Of a DNA stretch of 64,000 nucleotides, positions 62,523 to 64,000 are shown piece by piece. The stretch is taken from NCBI GenBank assembly GCA_038821645.1, contig JAWBDT010000002.1, positions 32,001 to 96,000 on the forward strand, in the 5' to 3' direction. The position numbers and the translations under genes are program-made. The notes beneath the pieces are model-generated. The model was not told the origin of the DNA. It saw only the letters and a list, made by a program, of their open reading frames with translations, and did not search any database. Source of the stretch: Ignisphaera sp. Lineage in GTDB: Archaea > Thermoproteota > Thermoprotei_A > Sulfolobales > Ignisphaeraceae. The number at the start of each line of letters is the position of its first letter. The first letter of the stretch is position 1.

Positions 62523-63362
62523 ATGTCTAAGACACCAGAGCAACCTGTTATTCCAAAAATAAAATATAGCGCGATATTGAGTGTTATATCGCGAGGCTTT
62601 CACATAGACAAGAGACCTTTAACAAGCTATAGACCTATTGAGATTACATATGGTATTTCACCTAAGGCTGAAGGTTCAGCATTAGTAAAGCTAGGGAATA
62701 CACAAGTACTTGCTGGTGTAAAACTTGAGGTAGGCCAACCTTATCCAGATACACCTAACGAGGGAGCTATAATAGTAAATGCTGAATATATTCCAGCAGC
62801 TTCACCTTCATTTGAACCAGGTCCTCCAGATGAGAATGCTATAGAGCTGGCAAGAATTATCGATAGATCATTAAGGGAGTCTAGGGCAGTAGCGCTCGAT
62901 AAACTATGCATGATTCCTGGAAAAAAGGTTTGGATTATATGGCTCGACATATACATACTTGATTATGACGGTAATTTAGTTGATGCATCTATGCTAGCTT
63001 CTATGGCAGCTTTATTGAATACCTATATACCTTATTACGAAGTTGATGAAGCACAAGGTCTAGTTAAGATAGATAAATCTAAGAAACATGTTAGTATGCC
63101 TATAAATAAACATGTAGTAACTGTAACCATAAGTAAGATAGGTGAATCTCTGGTTGTAGATCCTACTGCTGAAGAAGAATCCTTAGCAGCTTATAGACTC
63201 GCTATAGCTATTGATGAAGATAAAAATATCGTAGGACTACAGAAAATGGGTCTAGGGGCTCTTTCGGAGAAAGAGTTAAATGATGCCATCTCTATAGCTT
63301 TGATAAAATCTGACGAACTTTTCAGTATTTTAAAGAAATCTAGAGAGAAGTTAACCTTATAA
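62523..63362 (+). CDS. rrp42: exosome subunit Rrp42
   Basis: AEGSALVKLG.T, PYPDTP, FEPGPPDE, DGNLVDA, DPT.EEE. Confidence 0.96.
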   Translation: MSKTPEQPVIPKIKYSAILSVISRGFHIDKRPLTSYRPIEITYGISPKAEGSALVKLGNTQVLAGVKLEVGQPYPDTPNEGAIIVNAEYIPAASPSFEPGPPDENAIELARIIDRSLRESRAVALDKLCMIPGKKVWIIWLDIYILDYDGNLVDASMLASMAALLNTYIPYYEVDEAQGLVKIDKSKKHVSMPINKHVVTVTISKIGESLVVDPTAEEESLAAYRLAIAIDEDKNIVGLQKMGLGALSEKELNDAISIALIKSDELFSILKKSREKLTL

Positions 63363-63436
63363 GGTGGTACATTATTTATTGAGTATTGAGTGCTAAACAA
63401 TGTAATTAACTTAATCTCACATTAAGTGATGCAACT

Positions 63437-63667
63437 ATGGGTAGAACAAAAAGCGTCGGTATAGCAGGAAGATTTGGAGCTAGATATGGTTCAAGTTTGA
63501 GAAAGAAGTGGAAGGAAATAATGGAGCGCAGATATGATGTCTATCAATGTCCATACTGTTCAAGCAATGTTATAATGGAGCGTCTAGCATTTGGTATATG
63601 GCGATGTCCGAAATGTAAAACTACATGGGCGGGAGCAGCATATACTCCCTGGTCTCTAAAAAGTTAA
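63437..63667 (+). CDS. rpl37ae: 50S ribosomal protein L37Ae (eL43)
   Basis: GRFGARYG..LRK, CPYC, GIW.C.KC, AGAAY.P. Confidence 0.96.
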   Translation: MGRTKSVGIAGRFGARYGSSLRKKWKEIMERRYDVYQCPYCSSNVIMERLAFGIWRCPKCKTTWAGAAYTPWSLKS

Positions 63668-63702
63668 TACATGCTTAGAGACTCAATTAACTAGGATGTA
63701 AC

Positions 63703-64000
63703 TTGGTGGCAAAGGTAATAATCACTTCATCGAGACGTCCTACACCTACTGTGCGACGTCTTATAAAGAGTCTTCTAATAGTCCTACCAAATTCTGTCAA
63801 AATATCAAGAGGAAAGTTATCATTTAACATGCTAGCTCTTCAAGCACTAGATTTAGGTTCAGATAAACTTCTGGTAGTACGAAATAAAAAAGGAAATCCT
63901 GGATATATAGACGTATATGTTGTAAACGAAATCAAGCCAGAATTAAAATTAACTAAATTCTGCACATTGTATATTTGTGGCTATCGGATACCAAGACCTA
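63703..64000 (+). CDS. Brix/Imp4-like domain protein, 5' part only
   Basis: Reads (L)VAKVIITSSRRPTPTVRRLIKSL...RGKLS...KGNPG and runs off the window; expected position in the exosome superoperon. Confidence 0.85.
   Translation, partial: MVAKVIITSSRRPTPTVRRLIKSLLIVLPNSVKISRGKLSFNMLALQALDLGSDKLLVVRNKKGNPGYIDVYVVNEIKPELKLTKFCTLYICGYRIPRP

Overview
AT-rich (roughly one third GC by eye), gene-dense core chromosomal segment of a hyperthermophilic crenarchaeon. CdvABC, a Cren7-like protein, GAPOR and GC-rich tRNAs with bulge-helix-bulge (BHB) introns point to Desulfurococcales; an Ignisphaera-like source is my inference. It holds the cdvABC cell-division operon, rqc2, Lsm, SAM synthetase, RIO2, mevalonate and ether-lipid genes, radA, thrS, pyrG, gor, thpR-cca, an mcm-gins / rfcS-rfcL / cdc6 replication cluster, and the start of the proteasome-exosome superoperon. 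There are three tRNAs: Lys-CTT with a non-canonical 45/46 intron, Arg-CCT, and Pro-GGG with a 37/38 intron. I saw no CRISPR array, integrase, intact transposase or obvious defence island. The signal outside the ORF track is mostly RNA-level: about seven box C/D guide RNAs, one overlapping the RBS and start codon of an RNA m5C methyltransferase and apparently aimed at one tRNA. Other oddities are a ubiquitin-like protein whose GG is masked by a 2-residue tail, a divergent Cren7, a GC-shifted cca gene, an orphan NurA coupled to DUF711, and an EMC6-like membrane gene. All family calls come from recognising motifs by eye; no database searches were run.
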